A DNA stretch of 60,622 nt from an uncultured virus (IMG/VR IMGVR_UViG_3300000116_000009) (IMGVR_UViG_3300000116_000009); one strand, 5' to 3'. Shown: positions 18,324 to 28,974, numbered from the stretch's first letter. The notes: generated by a model from the letters alone, not told the origin. Numbers and translations are program-made.

Positions 18324-20261
18324 ATGGCAAACACATCATTATTTAGTAGATTACGAAGATTATTTTCTACAGACGTTGTAATAAGAAACGTTGGAGGAAA
18401 TCAATTAAAAGTAATTGATTCTGAACAAATTCAATCTTTAGGACAACTACAAACAAACTCTCTATACGATAGATTTAATAAATTGTATAGTACTACAGGT
18501 GGCTTGAACTATAATATGATGCAGCAGGTCAACTTCCCATCTACTAGGATTCAGTTGTATACTGATTATGAAGCTATGGATACGGATTCTATTGTTGCTT
18601 CAACGTTAGATATTGTTTCTGATGAATCTACTCTTAGGAATGATTTTAATGAAGTGTTACAAATTAGATCTGCAGACGAAACAATACAAAAAATATTATA
18701 TAATTTATTTTATGATGTATTAAACATTGAGTTTAATTTATGGTCATGGACTAGAAATATGTTAAAATATGGAGATTTTTATCTAAAATTAGAAATTTCA
18801 GAAAAGTTTGGAGTATATAATGTTGTTCCTTTTTCTTCATATACTATAATTAGAGTAGAAGGAACTGATCCTGCTAACCCATCAGACGTTAAATTTAAGT
18901 ATGATCCAAGTTATTCTGTATCAGAAAATCCATTAGGATTTCAAATGGTATCTCCGGGTATGGGTGTTAATACAGGTGATGAAATTGTATTTGATAATTA
19001 TGAAATGGCTCACTTTAGATTACTATCAGATTTTAATTATTTACCTTATGGTAGATCTTATTTAGAACCTGCTCGTAAAATATGGAAACAAATGACATTG
19101 ATGGAAGACGCAATGTTAATCCATAGAATTGTTAGAGCACCTGAAAAAAGAACATTCTTTGTAAATGTAGGTAATATACCTCCTGCTGAAGTAGAAGGGT
19201 ACATGCAAAGAATGATTAATAAAATGAAAAAAACACCATATGTTGATCCACAAACTGGTGAGTATAATTTAAAATTCAACATGCAAAACATCCTAGAGGA
19301 TTTTTATATCCCTGTTAGAGGTGGTGATGCAACTACAAGAATTGAAACTACAAAAGGTTTAGATTATGCTGCGATTGAGGATGTAACATATTTAAGAGAT
19401 AAACTATTTGCTGCTTTAAAAGTACCAAAAGCTTATTTAGGATATGAAGCCGATTTAAATGGTAAGGCAACGTTAGCTGCTGAAGATATACGGTTTGCTC
19501 GTACAGTTGAACGTATACAAAAAATACTAGTATCCGAATTAACTAAAATTGCATTAGTGCATTTATACGCTCAAGGTTATGATGGTGCGTCATTAACTAA
19601 CTTTGAACTTTCATTAACTACTCCTTCTATCATATATGATCAGGAAAGAATTGCACTTATGAAAGAAAAAGTAGAACTAGCAGCTTCTATGTTAGATCAA
19701 AAACTAATGCCTACTGATTGGATTTATGATAATATTTTCCACTTTAGTGAAGATCAATATCAAGAATACAGAGATTTAATTATTGAAGACCAAAAACGTA
19801 AATTTAGAGAAAACCAAATTGAAACCGAAGGAAATGATCCCGCTGAATCAGGTGAAGCTTATGGTACACCTCATTCATTAGCATCATTATATGGTTCTGG
19901 TAGATATCCAGGTAGTAAAGGTGTTCCATCAGGATATGCTACTGATGATAAAAATTATCCTGAAACTGCATTAGATCAAGGAAGACCATCTGAAAGTCCA
20001 TCCGATTATGGGCACCAAGATAGTAATCTTGGAAAAGATGTTACAGGTTCTGATACAATGACATCTTCAACTCAAGCAGAAGATAGACCGGGATTACGTG
20101 AATCTAAAAAGAAATTTGTTAGAGAAGAAAACCTTGCTGCAAAAGCTATATTTGCACAAAATGAATTGACTTTAAAGAAAATGTTCCCTAAAACACAAGT
20201 AAATTTATTTGAAAAGGAAAATTTACTAGATGAAGACCAAATACGTGAAGAAGTAAAATAA
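18324..20261 (+). CDS. Portal protein (T4 gp20-like)
   Basis: YGRSYLEPAR, EDAMLIHRIVRAPEKRTFFVNVGN, EDFYIP.R, ALKVPKAYL. Confidence 0.95.
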   Translation: MANTSLFSRLRRLFSTDVVIRNVGGNQLKVIDSEQIQSLGQLQTNSLYDRFNKLYSTTGGLNYNMMQQVNFPSTRIQLYTDYEAMDTDSIVASTLDIVSDESTLRNDFNEVLQIRSADETIQKILYNLFYDVLNIEFNLWSWTRNMLKYGDFYLKLEISEKFGVYNVVPFSSYTIIRVEGTDPANPSDVKFKYDPSYSVSENPLGFQMVSPGMGVNTGDEIVFDNYEMAHFRLLSDFNYLPYGRSYLEPARKIWKQMTLMEDAMLIHRIVRAPEKRTFFVNVGNIPPAEVEGYMQRMINKMKKTPYVDPQTGEYNLKFNMQNILEDFYIPVRGGDATTRIETTKGLDYAAIEDVTYLRDKLFAALKVPKAYLGYEADLNGKATLAAEDIRFARTVERIQKILVSELTKIALVHLYAQGYDGASLTNFELSLTTPSIIYDQERIALMKEKVELAASMLDQKLMPTDWIYDNIFHFSEDQYQEYRDLIIEDQKRKFRENQIETEGNDPAESGEAYGTPHSLASLYGSGRYPGSKGVPSGYATDDKNYPETALDQGRPSESPSDYGHQDSNLGKDVTGSDTMTSSTQAEDRPGLRESKKKFVREENLAAKAIFAQNELTLKKMFPKTQVNLFEKENLLDEDQIREEVK

Positions 20262-20293
20262 TTACAATATTTATAGACAGTAGCGCACTACTT

Positions 20294-21142
20294 ATGAAAA
20301 TAAAACACAACAAGTATAAAAACACTGGTGTTCTTTTTGAACTTTTAGTAAGAAAGATCACATCAGATACAATGTCTAATAGTAATTCAAAAGCAGCAAG
20401 TTTAGTAAAAAAATATTTTACTAAAAGTGAATTAGCTAACGAAAATAAACTATACCAAACCCTTAACCGTTCAACATCTTTATCAGAAGGTAAAGCTGAA
20501 TCAATACTATCTACAGTACTTGATTTATCTAGAAGATTGGATAAAGATAAACTATCTAAAGAAAAATACAATTTAATAAAAGAAATTAAGAATAATTTTG
20601 ATATTAATGATTTTTTTGGGGCTAAGATTCAAAATTATAAACTTTTAGCTTCTACATATGTGTTATTTGAATCTTATAATAATAAAAAATTCAGAAATCC
20701 TGAATCTATTATTACATCCAAAATTACAATATTAGAATATATTACTTCAAACCCTAATTCTAAAATTTCTCTATCACCATTAGTTGAAGAGTTAACTCAA
20801 TTAGATAAAGGTACACGTTCTTTAGCATATAAAATTATGTTAGAAAAATATAATACTAAATTTGATGGGTTAACTAAAGATCAAAAAGAAGTATTAAAAG
20901 AATATATTAATAGTGCTACTGATGCCCCCAAATTAAAAGAATTTTTAAATAAAAAATTTAATATTATTTCAAAAGTATTAAACGAAAATATCTCCAAAAT
21001 AGAAAGCCCAGCTCTTAAAATTAAAATACAAGAAGTTATTAATCTAATCAAACCAATATTAAGAACTAAAAATTTAAAAGATGATCATTTAGTTGCTTTA
21101 TTGCAATATCTTGAACTTTCATCTGAAATTGAGATGGTATGA
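20294..21142 (+). CDS. Hypothetical head-module protein
   Basis: Long ORF between portal and protease; KHNKYKNTG.LFELL N-terminus. Confidence 0.7.
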   Translation: MKIKHNKYKNTGVLFELLVRKITSDTMSNSNSKAASLVKKYFTKSELANENKLYQTLNRSTSLSEGKAESILSTVLDLSRRLDKDKLSKEKYNLIKEIKNNFDINDFFGAKIQNYKLLASTYVLFESYNNKKFRNPESIITSKITILEYITSNPNSKISLSPLVEELTQLDKGTRSLAYKIMLEKYNTKFDGLTKDQKEVLKEYINSATDAPKLKEFLNKKFNIISKVLNENISKIESPALKIKIQEVINLIKPILRTKNLKDDHLVALLQYLELSSEIEMV

Positions 21143-22647
21143 AAAAATTAAGTTTAAAAGGATTAAAAAAAGAAATGAGCACTACTGGGACGGGTGCTAA
21201 TTTTGTAGCTGGTACTGGAATGCAATATGCTACTCCAAAGGCATTTAAATCTAAAAATAAAAAAACTGAAAAGAAAACTAATTTTTCTAAGTTAAAACAA
21301 GGCCAACCTAATGTAGTTAAAACTTCACCTGTTTCAAAACAAGTTGATGTTTCTGAACCTTTTACTACACTTAGTCCTTCTATCCCAAATAGAAAATCAA
21401 AAGCAATAGATTACGTTAAATTGTTTGAAAAATCAATTGATCAATATCTTGCTGGTATTAATAAGAATGCTGATCAAAAATATAAAAAGTGGAATCCTGT
21501 AACAGATTTTACAGATAGTCAAGCTAATGCTGGTGATAATACGGGATATGATATGGATACACAAGATGCTGCTTCTGTTTCAGAATTAGCTAAATTTGCT
21601 AAAGGTAATTCTAAGGTCGGAGATACTGATATTGAAGGTGGAATAAAATATACTATTACAAATATTGATGACCAAACCGGTCAAATTTCATGGGATATAG
21701 ATTATATCCCAGCATATGATACAGTATTCAAAGAATTTGAAGAATTAAGAAATTTTTTAAATACATTAGCTAGAAAAACTGATGACGCTGTTATTGATGA
21801 TATAAATGATGAAATAAGAGATGTATTTAATAAATATAGAACTCATATTAGAAAAACCAAACCCGAAGCTTATAAAAGATTTAAACCAACAAACGAAAAC
21901 ATAAACGAACAAGCTGATTACAAATACCTTACTCAAGTTATTTTAGATGCAAACCCAAAAATGAATGTTTACTATAGTTCTTCAGGAAACGTAGTAAATA
22001 TAGGTGGTGTTGGATATGACAGTGGAGAATTAGTTAAAAACTTTAACCAACCACAAGGTTCGTCTGGTAAGATTAAAAGTAACTTTTATTACGCAAATAA
22101 AGATCCACAAGTAACCAAAAAAGAAGTTGAAAAACTATCTAATGGAAAAATTAAAGTAAATATTGAAAAAGGATATGGTAATGAACCTTTTGTAGTTTAT
22201 AGTGTAGTAAAATCATTAAACGAAAGATTAGGGGTTTCTAAAGAAATTTTAGCTGATGTTGTTAAAGAATTTGGTGAGGTTAATTTTGCACAAATGATTA
22301 TAAGTCTTAGAGACGAAAATGTACAAGATGAAATAGTATCTGCTTTTAGAGGCCAATATCCTGCCGTATTAGATGAAAGAAACAATATATCAGAAGCTCG
22401 GTATTCATCATTTAAAAAATCAGCTAAATTACGTACACCTACAGAACAAATACATAGAGCCGTTAGAGAAATTAGACAAAGATTAAATGAAGTATTAAAA
22501 GTAGTAAGCCATACTGAGAGAATGAAAAATGAGTTAAAACAAAGTAATGAAGGTATGTCATACCTGAAACGTACTAAAAATGCTCTTGGTGATATATCAA
22601 ATAAATTAACAGAATTAAATAACCGTATTAAAGGCTTAACCGAGTAA
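21139..22647 (+). CDS. Putative head-packaged polyprotein
   Basis: LKKE leader; LFE/VSE/INE/LNE/ISE junctions; C-terminal coiled coil. Confidence 0.65.
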   Translation: MKKLSLKGLKKEMSTTGTGANFVAGTGMQYATPKAFKSKNKKTEKKTNFSKLKQGQPNVVKTSPVSKQVDVSEPFTTLSPSIPNRKSKAIDYVKLFEKSIDQYLAGINKNADQKYKKWNPVTDFTDSQANAGDNTGYDMDTQDAASVSELAKFAKGNSKVGDTDIEGGIKYTITNIDDQTGQISWDIDYIPAYDTVFKEFEELRNFLNTLARKTDDAVIDDINDEIRDVFNKYRTHIRKTKPEAYKRFKPTNENINEQADYKYLTQVILDANPKMNVYYSSSGNVVNIGGVGYDSGELVKNFNQPQGSSGKIKSNFYYANKDPQVTKKEVEKLSNGKIKVNIEKGYGNEPFVVYSVVKSLNERLGVSKEILADVVKEFGEVNFAQMIISLRDENVQDEIVSAFRGQYPAVLDERNNISEARYSSFKKSAKLRTPTEQIHRAVREIRQRLNEVLKVVSHTERMKNELKQSNEGMSYLKRTKNALGDISNKLTELNNRIKGLTE

Positions 22648-22784
22648 TGGCAAAATCATTAAATTTAGGCACATATAAGTCTAAAGCAAGAACAAAAAGA
22701 CCTGGTATTCACGCTAAAAGTAAGTTATCAAAATTAAAAGGCAGTAAAAATTATTCTAAGGCTTACAGAGGTCAAGGAAAGTAA
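22647..22784 (+). CDS. 45-aa basic protein ending YRGQGK (absent from the ORF track)
   Basis: MAKSLNLGTYKSKARTKRPGIHAKSKLSKLKGSKNYSKAYRGQGK; ATG overlaps the upstream TAA; YRGQG tail is typical of small T4-like phage proteins. Confidence 0.75.
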   Translation: MAKSLNLGTYKSKARTKRPGIHAKSKLSKLKGSKNYSKAYRGQGK

Positions 22785-22796
22785 ATATTTATATAC

Positions 22797-23624
22797 ATGG
22801 AATTAAAAGATCTTTATAAAAAACTTCAAGACACATCTAATTATACAGCAGATACTGATAAAAAAATAGATGAATCTTACAAAGACGGCGTGCAAATCAT
22901 AGCCAAAACCATTGATATGGTTAATCCTTATGAATATTCAAGAGGATTAGAAATTGAAATGAACATGGCTAACAATGCCGTTGGCGATTGGATGGAAGAG
23001 GATTTAGATACTAATACTATTAAAAAAGCATCTAAAAAAGTCTTAAAAAATCTTACTAAAGACGCTCAATACTACCAAAAAATGGTAGGTTATCAAATGG
23101 AAGGCGATAGTATGTATGATATTGAAGTAAATAAAAAATCAATTGAAGCATTAAAGAAAACTAATGGTAAAATCATGAAAGAAGGTAAAACCTCTTTTTT
23201 AGATGAACAAACCTATACAATGTATGCTAAAAAATACGATACAAATGAAGCTACACCAGATGATATAGCTGAATTAGGTAAAAATCGTGATGCTATTTAT
23301 GAAAAATATGCTAAAAGATATGAGGTTGATATTAACGAATTAAAAGATAGAGTAGAAGCGCGCAGATTAGAAAAAGAAGATGTAAATGAAGCTATGGATA
23401 AAACAACAAAATCTGCAATTGCAGATGAAATAGCTCAATGGAGAGAAGGTAATTTATCTAAAGAGCAACTAAAAAAAAGTCTTATGGATTTAAGTGATGG
23501 AGAATTTCAATTAGATTCTATTAAAGGATTTAATAATGAAACTATAGAAGCTCCTGATGCAGAAACTGCTCTTGAACTACAAAAGAAAGATCCTAAAGCC
23601 TATATTAAAATAGCAGACAAATAA
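22797..23624 (+). CDS. Hypothetical head-module protein
   Basis: G...E...A.K.VLKNL.KD.QYY motif; several hydrophobic-x-E junctions. Confidence 0.65.
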   Translation: MELKDLYKKLQDTSNYTADTDKKIDESYKDGVQIIAKTIDMVNPYEYSRGLEIEMNMANNAVGDWMEEDLDTNTIKKASKKVLKNLTKDAQYYQKMVGYQMEGDSMYDIEVNKKSIEALKKTNGKIMKEGKTSFLDEQTYTMYAKKYDTNEATPDDIAELGKNRDAIYEKYAKRYEVDINELKDRVEARRLEKEDVNEAMDKTTKSAIADEIAQWREGNLSKEQLKKSLMDLSDGEFQLDSIKGFNNETIEAPDAETALELQKKDPKAYIKIADK

Positions 23625-24244
23625 TGAAAAAATCATTATTATTAGAATATTCCATATTTACACCTAAAAAATCCCAAATTGTTGAGGGTGTTGGAGGTAG
23701 TAAGAATATGATTGTTGAGGGCGTTGTTCAACGTGCTGAAGAATTTAATCATAATGGTAGAACATATCCTTATGACGTTTTAAAAAAGGAAGTTGATAAA
23801 TATATTGATGGACCTATTGCTGAAAACAGAGCATTAGGTGAATTAGACCACCCAGAATCAGCTGTTATAAATTTAAAAAATGCATCTCATAACATTAAGT
23901 CATTATGGTGGGATGGAAACGATTTAATGGGTAAAATTGAAGTTTTAACTACACCGTCGGGTAATATATTAAGAGAATTATTTAATAACAGTATTACCGT
24001 TGGTATTTCGTCACGTGGTATGGGTTCAGTTGAACCACTAGGTGAAGGTAGAGTAGAAGTTCAAGATGACTTTGAATTATTATGTTGGGATTTTGTATCA
24101 ACACCTTCTACACATGGAGCTTTTCTTAAACCAATTGGGTTGAATGAAGGGTATACTCCAAAAAATAATACTAAATACAGTAAATTAAATTCAATAATTT
24201 CCGATATAATTTGCACACAATCAGGTATTTGCTGCATTAATTAA
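23624..24244 (+). CDS. Prohead core protease (T4 gp21-like)
   Basis: N.NGR.YP, ALGELDHP, GISSRGMGS, DFVSTPS. Confidence 0.95.
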   Translation: MKKSLLLEYSIFTPKKSQIVEGVGGSKNMIVEGVVQRAEEFNHNGRTYPYDVLKKEVDKYIDGPIAENRALGELDHPESAVINLKNASHNIKSLWWDGNDLMGKIEVLTTPSGNILRELFNNSITVGISSRGMGSVEPLGEGRVEVQDDFELLCWDFVSTPSTHGAFLKPIGLNEGYTPKNNTKYSKLNSIISDIICTQSGICCIN

Positions 24245-24293
24245 GTACTCCTCATTTTTTTTAATTCTTTATATATTTATCTACAGATAAGAT

Positions 24294-24356
24294 AGGTATT
24301 CCCAATAATACCTCACTCAATATATAAAACCTTATATTACTTCTCTAATAAGTAAT
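24294..24356 (+). promoter_or_regulatory. Twin hairpins in the scaffold-gene leader
   Basis: AGGTATT-cccaat-AATACCT and ATTACTT-ctctaat-AAGTAAT. Confidence 0.4.
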
Positions 24357-24377
24357 CACACCAAAATTTTATTAAAA

Positions 24378-25628
24378 ATGTCAAACACAAAGTTTTTCAA
24401 CGATGCTGTCGCTGAAGCTAAGGAGATCCGTGAAACGGCTCTTGCAAACGCTAAGCTAGCATTAGAAGAAGCCTTTACTCCACAGATTCAATCTATGTTA
24501 GAAAAAAAACTATCAGAAGAAGCTGATGATTTGGATGAAGCAAAAGACGACATGGACGAGGCAAAAGCCAAGGACATGGACGAAGCAAAAGAGAATACTG
24601 ATGAATCAGTAACTAACGAAGATGCTCGTACAGATGCCGAAGAAGAAGGATACGAAGATGGTATCGAAGACGCTAAGGCAGACATCAAAGATGCACTAAA
24701 ATCTATTAAGAAAGAAGGCATGGATGATGACGACGCTAAAAACGAGGATGCTCGTACTGATGCAGAAGAAGAAGGTTATTTAGATGGAAAGAGAGATTCT
24801 TCTATCGGAGGCGTGACGCGTAAAATCGAAAAAGACAAATTCGAAGAAACCGCTGAAGTTGAAGAAGGAGCAATTGAAGAAATCGATCTAGATGAACTAC
24901 TTGCTGAATTAGAAGCTGCAGAAACTACTAGTGAAACAGCAGAACCTACAGTAACAGAAGAAGACGAATCTGAAGACGAAAGAGCCGACGTAGACAAATA
25001 TGAATACGAAAAAGGCAAAGAAGCTGGTAAAGCTGACGACGAAGACGAAGTTGGAGAAATTACAGTAGATGAATTAAGAGACATTATCCGTGACGTTATT
25101 ACTGACGTAATGGGTGGTGGTGAAGAAAGCGAAGAAATTGAAATGACTTCTGATGAAGAAGAAATTGAAATTGATGAAAAGAAAGACGCGGACATGGACG
25201 AAGCTAAAAAAGCTGACATGGACGAAGAAAAAATGCCTTCTCAAGCTGAAATGGAAACTATGGGTGAAACAAAAGCTGAATTAAATGAAGCGATTGAAGT
25301 AATCAAAACTCTCAAATCAGAACTAAATGAAGTTAATCTTTTAAACGCTAAACTTCTTTATGTAAACAAATTATTCCGTAACAAAACATTAACTGAGGCA
25401 CAAAAAGTAAAAGTAATTAATGCTTTTGACCGTGCTGAAACAGTTAAAGAAGTAAAAAACATCTTTGAAACAATTAAAGATAGTATTACAAATGATGCTA
25501 AGAAACCAATCCAAGAAAATAGAGGATTTGCTTCTAAAGCAGCAGGTGTAGCACCACAAAAACAACCAATTGTTGAAGGAGATGATTTTGTTGCTAGAAT
25601 GCAAAAATTAGCTGGTATTATCAACTAA
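24378..25628 (+). CDS. Prohead scaffolding protein (gp22-like role)
   Basis: Very acidic and coiled-coil; lies between protease and major capsid; ends RMQKLAGI. Confidence 0.8.
   Translation: MSNTKFFNDAVAEAKEIRETALANAKLALEEAFTPQIQSMLEKKLSEEADDLDEAKDDMDEAKAKDMDEAKENTDESVTNEDARTDAEEEGYEDGIEDAKADIKDALKSIKKEGMDDDDAKNEDARTDAEEEGYLDGKRDSSIGGVTRKIEKDKFEETAEVEEGAIEEIDLDELLAELEAAETTSETAEPTVTEEDESEDERADVDKYEYEKGKEAGKADDEDEVGEITVDELRDIIRDVITDVMGGGEESEEIEMTSDEEEIEIDEKKDADMDEAKKADMDEEKMPSQAEMETMGETKAELNEAIEVIKTLKSELNEVNLLNAKLLYVNKLFRNKTLTEAQKVKVINAFDRAETVKEVKNIFETIKDSITNDAKKPIQENRGFASKAAGVAPQKQPIVEGDDFVARMQKLAGIIN
24615..24788 (+). repeat. Internal duplication NEDARTDAEEEGY(E/L)DG x2 in scaffold
   Basis: Copies start at 24615 and 24741; DMDEAK also recurs in this gene. 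Confidence 0.8.
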
Positions 25629-25665
25629 TTTAAAAACAATTATTAACACATTTAAAATTTAAAAA

Positions 25666-27375
25666 ATGTCAAACGTAGTAAATCAACTATTAGAAACCGC
25701 TAACCCATACAAGTCAGTACAAAAAGATGCTGCTAAACTTGCAGGGAAGTGGGGCAAGTCAGGATTGCTAGAAGGAATCAGTAATGATACTGATAAATCT
25801 AACATGGCAATCATGCTTGAAAACCAAGCTAAACAACTCGTTGTTGAAGCTTCAACGACTGGAACCGGAGGTACATGGACTGACGGAACTGGTGGACAAT
25901 ACGCTGCTGTAGCATTGCCTCTTGTACGTAAAGTATTCGGACAAATCGCTGCTAAAGAATTTGTTTCTGTACAGCCAATGTCTTTACCTGCTGGTCTAGT
26001 ATTTTATCTAGATTTCCAGTATGGAAATAACAAAAAACCATTTAACACTGGAGATTCACTTTATGGTAATCTAACAGAAAACTTTGGTAATGCTGCTTCA
26101 GGTGGTCTATATGGCTCTGGAAGATATGGTTACTCAATGAACCAATTCTCTTCATCTAACGGGTTTACAGTAGTTTCTGGAACTTGGGTAGACGTAAACT
26201 TTGATTCAAGATATTCTGCTTCTGCTGCTGCTGTTGTAGGTAATGCTATTGCCGCAATTAAAACTATTACTGTTGATACAGGATCTTTATTCCTAAATGA
26301 CAGTTTAGTAGATCTAGATGCAGCTCAAGCATTTATCTTTACATCTGGAACAATTGATGGTGAAAAATCACCATTAGCTGCTCAATTACCAGCCTTTACA
26401 GCTGTTACTGAATCAGGTGGTGCTATTAAATTTGTATTTAGTGGTTCAGCTGCTCATTTAGCAAACGGTACAGGTAGTGTATTCTATAACAAGAAAACAT
26501 CGTTTAATTCAAGAGGTGATTTCGAAGCTGGTAGTACGGACGCCGTTCCTAACGCTAATATGCACAACAATACAAATGGTGTATCTGGAAGTAACTGTAC
26601 TAATTGTGATAACATTGTAATCCCAGAGATTAATGTTCAGTTAAGATCAGAAACTATTTCTGCGAAAACTAGAAAATTAAAAGCTCAATGGACACCAGAA
26701 TTTTCTCAAGATTTAAATGCTTTCCATAGTTTAGATGCTGAAGCTGAATTGACTTCAATCCTTTCAGAATACATCTCATTGGAAATTGATCTTGAAATTC
26801 TTTCAATGTTAATTGAAAATGCTCCTATCACTGCAGTGTGGTCGGCTCAAGTTGGTAACCAACTTAATAATGCTGGAACAGCATTTGATTCTAACACCGC
26901 TGGTGTTTATTATACTCAAATGAGCTGGTTCCAAACACTTGGTATTAAATTACAGAAAATTAGTAACGAAATCCACCAAAGAACACTAAGAGGTGGAGCT
27001 AACTTTATGGTAATTTCTCCAACAGTAGCTACAGTATTGGAATCAATTCCAGGATTTGCTGCTGATACGGATGGCGATGCTGCTAAATCAACTTATGCCT
27101 TTGGTGTACAGAAGATTGGTGCATTAAATAGCCGATATAAAGTGTACAAAAACCCATACATGACTGAGAACACAATCTTAATGGGCTTTAGAGGAAATCA
27201 ATTCCTAGAAAGTGGTGCTGTTTATGCTCCATATATCCCATTAATCATGACACCTCTAGTGTACGATCCTAATACCTTCACTCCAAGAAAAGGTATCATG
27301 ACGCGTTATGCTAAGAAAATGGTACGTCCTGAATTTTATGGTAAAGTACTTGTTGCTGACTTAAATGTAATATAA
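25666..27375 (+). CDS. Major capsid protein (T4 gp23-like)
   Basis: LPLVRKVF, VSVQPM..P.GLVFYLDF, TRKLKAQWTPE..QDL.A.H, YAPYIPL, FTPRKG.MTRY. Confidence 0.97.
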   Translation: MSNVVNQLLETANPYKSVQKDAAKLAGKWGKSGLLEGISNDTDKSNMAIMLENQAKQLVVEASTTGTGGTWTDGTGGQYAAVALPLVRKVFGQIAAKEFVSVQPMSLPAGLVFYLDFQYGNNKKPFNTGDSLYGNLTENFGNAASGGLYGSGRYGYSMNQFSSSNGFTVVSGTWVDVNFDSRYSASAAAVVGNAIAAIKTITVDTGSLFLNDSLVDLDAAQAFIFTSGTIDGEKSPLAAQLPAFTAVTESGGAIKFVFSGSAAHLANGTGSVFYNKKTSFNSRGDFEAGSTDAVPNANMHNNTNGVSGSNCTNCDNIVIPEINVQLRSETISAKTRKLKAQWTPEFSQDLNAFHSLDAEAELTSILSEYISLEIDLEILSMLIENAPITAVWSAQVGNQLNNAGTAFDSNTAGVYYTQMSWFQTLGIKLQKISNEIHQRTLRGGANFMVISPTVATVLESIPGFAADTDGDAAKSTYAFGVQKIGALNSRYKVYKNPYMTENTILMGFRGNQFLESGAVYAPYIPLIMTPLVYDPNTFTPRKGIMTRYAKKMVRPEFYGKVLVADLNVI

Positions 27376-27413
27376 TTACATAAAGTTAAACAATAATACT
27401 TTTTTTAAATAAG

Positions 27414-27445
27414 AACCCGTCTGTAAAGGCGGGTTTTTTGTTTTT
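27414..27445 (+). terminator. Rho-independent terminator after the major capsid gene
   Basis: AACCCGTCT-GTAA-AGGCGGGTT then T-tract. Confidence 0.85.
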
Positions 27446-27483
27446 ATATATATTTATCGATGTAAAAATCAAATTCATAAAAC

Positions 27484-28857
27484 ATGCATTCAAACCTCTT
27501 TGCACCAAATTTACCAGATTGGCAATCTTTTAAAAGGCTAAACGAAAATAAAAATTTATCTGAAGCAGAAATGATTCAGAAATATAAAAAATTACAATTA
27601 TCCCAAGATAGAATGATAGAAGAAAGTATTCATTCTATTAATGTGCATAATGAAGCTTTAATTAATGCTCAAGGTGGTGGTTCAGGTGCTGGTGCTAGTA
27701 GAAATACTGCTCAAATTACAGGTGTAGTACAATATATAGGTGCTGTATCAGCGGCTACAGGATTTTACAGATATACAGAAGGATTTACGGGCGCATCTGA
27801 TGAAGCTTCAATAGTCTTAACATATAATAGACCAGTTAGAGTTTCAGGAGGTATACCAGTTGTAGTTCCAAATAATAATACAAATGGTGGAGGTAGTACC
27901 GAAATAATATTTAGTTACCAAGGAGCATTTAATACACCTTCAGAAACATTAACATTTGCATATTCACAATCAGCAGCTTCTGCTTCAAGTATTGTAGTAG
28001 CAACTTCACAGGTTGACACTGCAAATAATAGTATTGAATTTACAGGTGCTATAAACAATTTTAAAAGAGGTAATAAAGTTCAATATTCAGCTGAAGGAGG
28101 AACAGTTTTAACAGGTCTTACTGATGGAGGTGTTTATTATGTATTACAAGGAGAAACAATTGCTTCACAATTTTCATTGGGAGTAATTCAGCCTAGTAAT
28201 GAGGATGATTTCACAGGTAATCCTTTTTATCAAGATCCCTCTACTTTAGCTAAAGTTAATTTAACAGGTACAGGAAACAATGCACAAACTTTTAAATGTT
28301 TGTCTCCATTTATTGCTGCAACTACTGTAGGTGATACAAATGGTACTTTTGATGCCTTTCCTATGACAGTAGCTGCTAACCTGAACTCAGGTTCTTTTAG
28401 TGGAAGTTTCTCATCTTCATTATTTGTTTCTGCATCAAACAGATTATATATATCTGCATCTGGTTTAGTTATAGTTTCAGGTACAGTAAACAGCTCTCGA
28501 GTTTTAACAACTGTAACTGCTTCCATGACAAGTACAAATGGAGATGATTTATATAGAAATCGATCTCTTACTGTAGGTGATACAATTGATTTACCAGATA
28601 ATTTCTTTGGTAATCAAAATTCCGGATCAAGAATAACATTAACTTCAGCAGCATTCCTTACAGGATCTTTAAATGGAGGTGGTCAAGATACTTTATTATT
28701 TAGAGGAAATTCGTTATGGACAGCAGATAATGGTGGAAGTAAATACTTTGGCGCCGGTGGTAATATTGTTGATGATGAAGATGGAGAATATGCAGATTTA
28801 CAATATGATACTACTTTAATAGCATTACCAAGAGAAAGAACTACTTTAAATACATAA
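27484..28857 (+). CDS. Putative head fibre/decoration protein
   Basis: Short helical N-terminus, Gly linker, Ser/Thr/Gly-rich beta domains (G.KV.Y..G..GL..G.VYYV); has its own promoter motif and terminator. Confidence 0.55.
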   Translation: MHSNLFAPNLPDWQSFKRLNENKNLSEAEMIQKYKKLQLSQDRMIEESIHSINVHNEALINAQGGGSGAGASRNTAQITGVVQYIGAVSAATGFYRYTEGFTGASDEASIVLTYNRPVRVSGGIPVVVPNNNTNGGGSTEIIFSYQGAFNTPSETLTFAYSQSAASASSIVVATSQVDTANNSIEFTGAINNFKRGNKVQYSAEGGTVLTGLTDGGVYYVLQGETIASQFSLGVIQPSNEDDFTGNPFYQDPSTLAKVNLTGTGNNAQTFKCLSPFIAATTVGDTNGTFDAFPMTVAANLNSGSFSGSFSSSLFVSASNRLYISASGLVIVSGTVNSSRVLTTVTASMTSTNGDDLYRNRSLTVGDTIDLPDNFFGNQNSGSRITLTSAAFLTGSLNGGGQDTLLFRGNSLWTADNGGSKYFGAGGNIVDDEDGEYADLQYDTTLIALPRERTTLNT

Positions 28858-28897
28858 TTAATAAATAAGTAATAAAACATTACTAAAATTTTAAAAG

Positions 28898-28924
28898 AAA
28901 CCCATCCTACAAGATGGGTTTTTT
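28898..28924 (+). terminator. Rho-independent terminator
   Basis: AAACCCATC-ctacaa-GATGGGTTT then T-tract. Confidence 0.8.
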
Positions 28925-28974
28925 ATATTTATACTTGAACGCTTTTAACTGATTGTTTAATTAAAAAATAGTTT

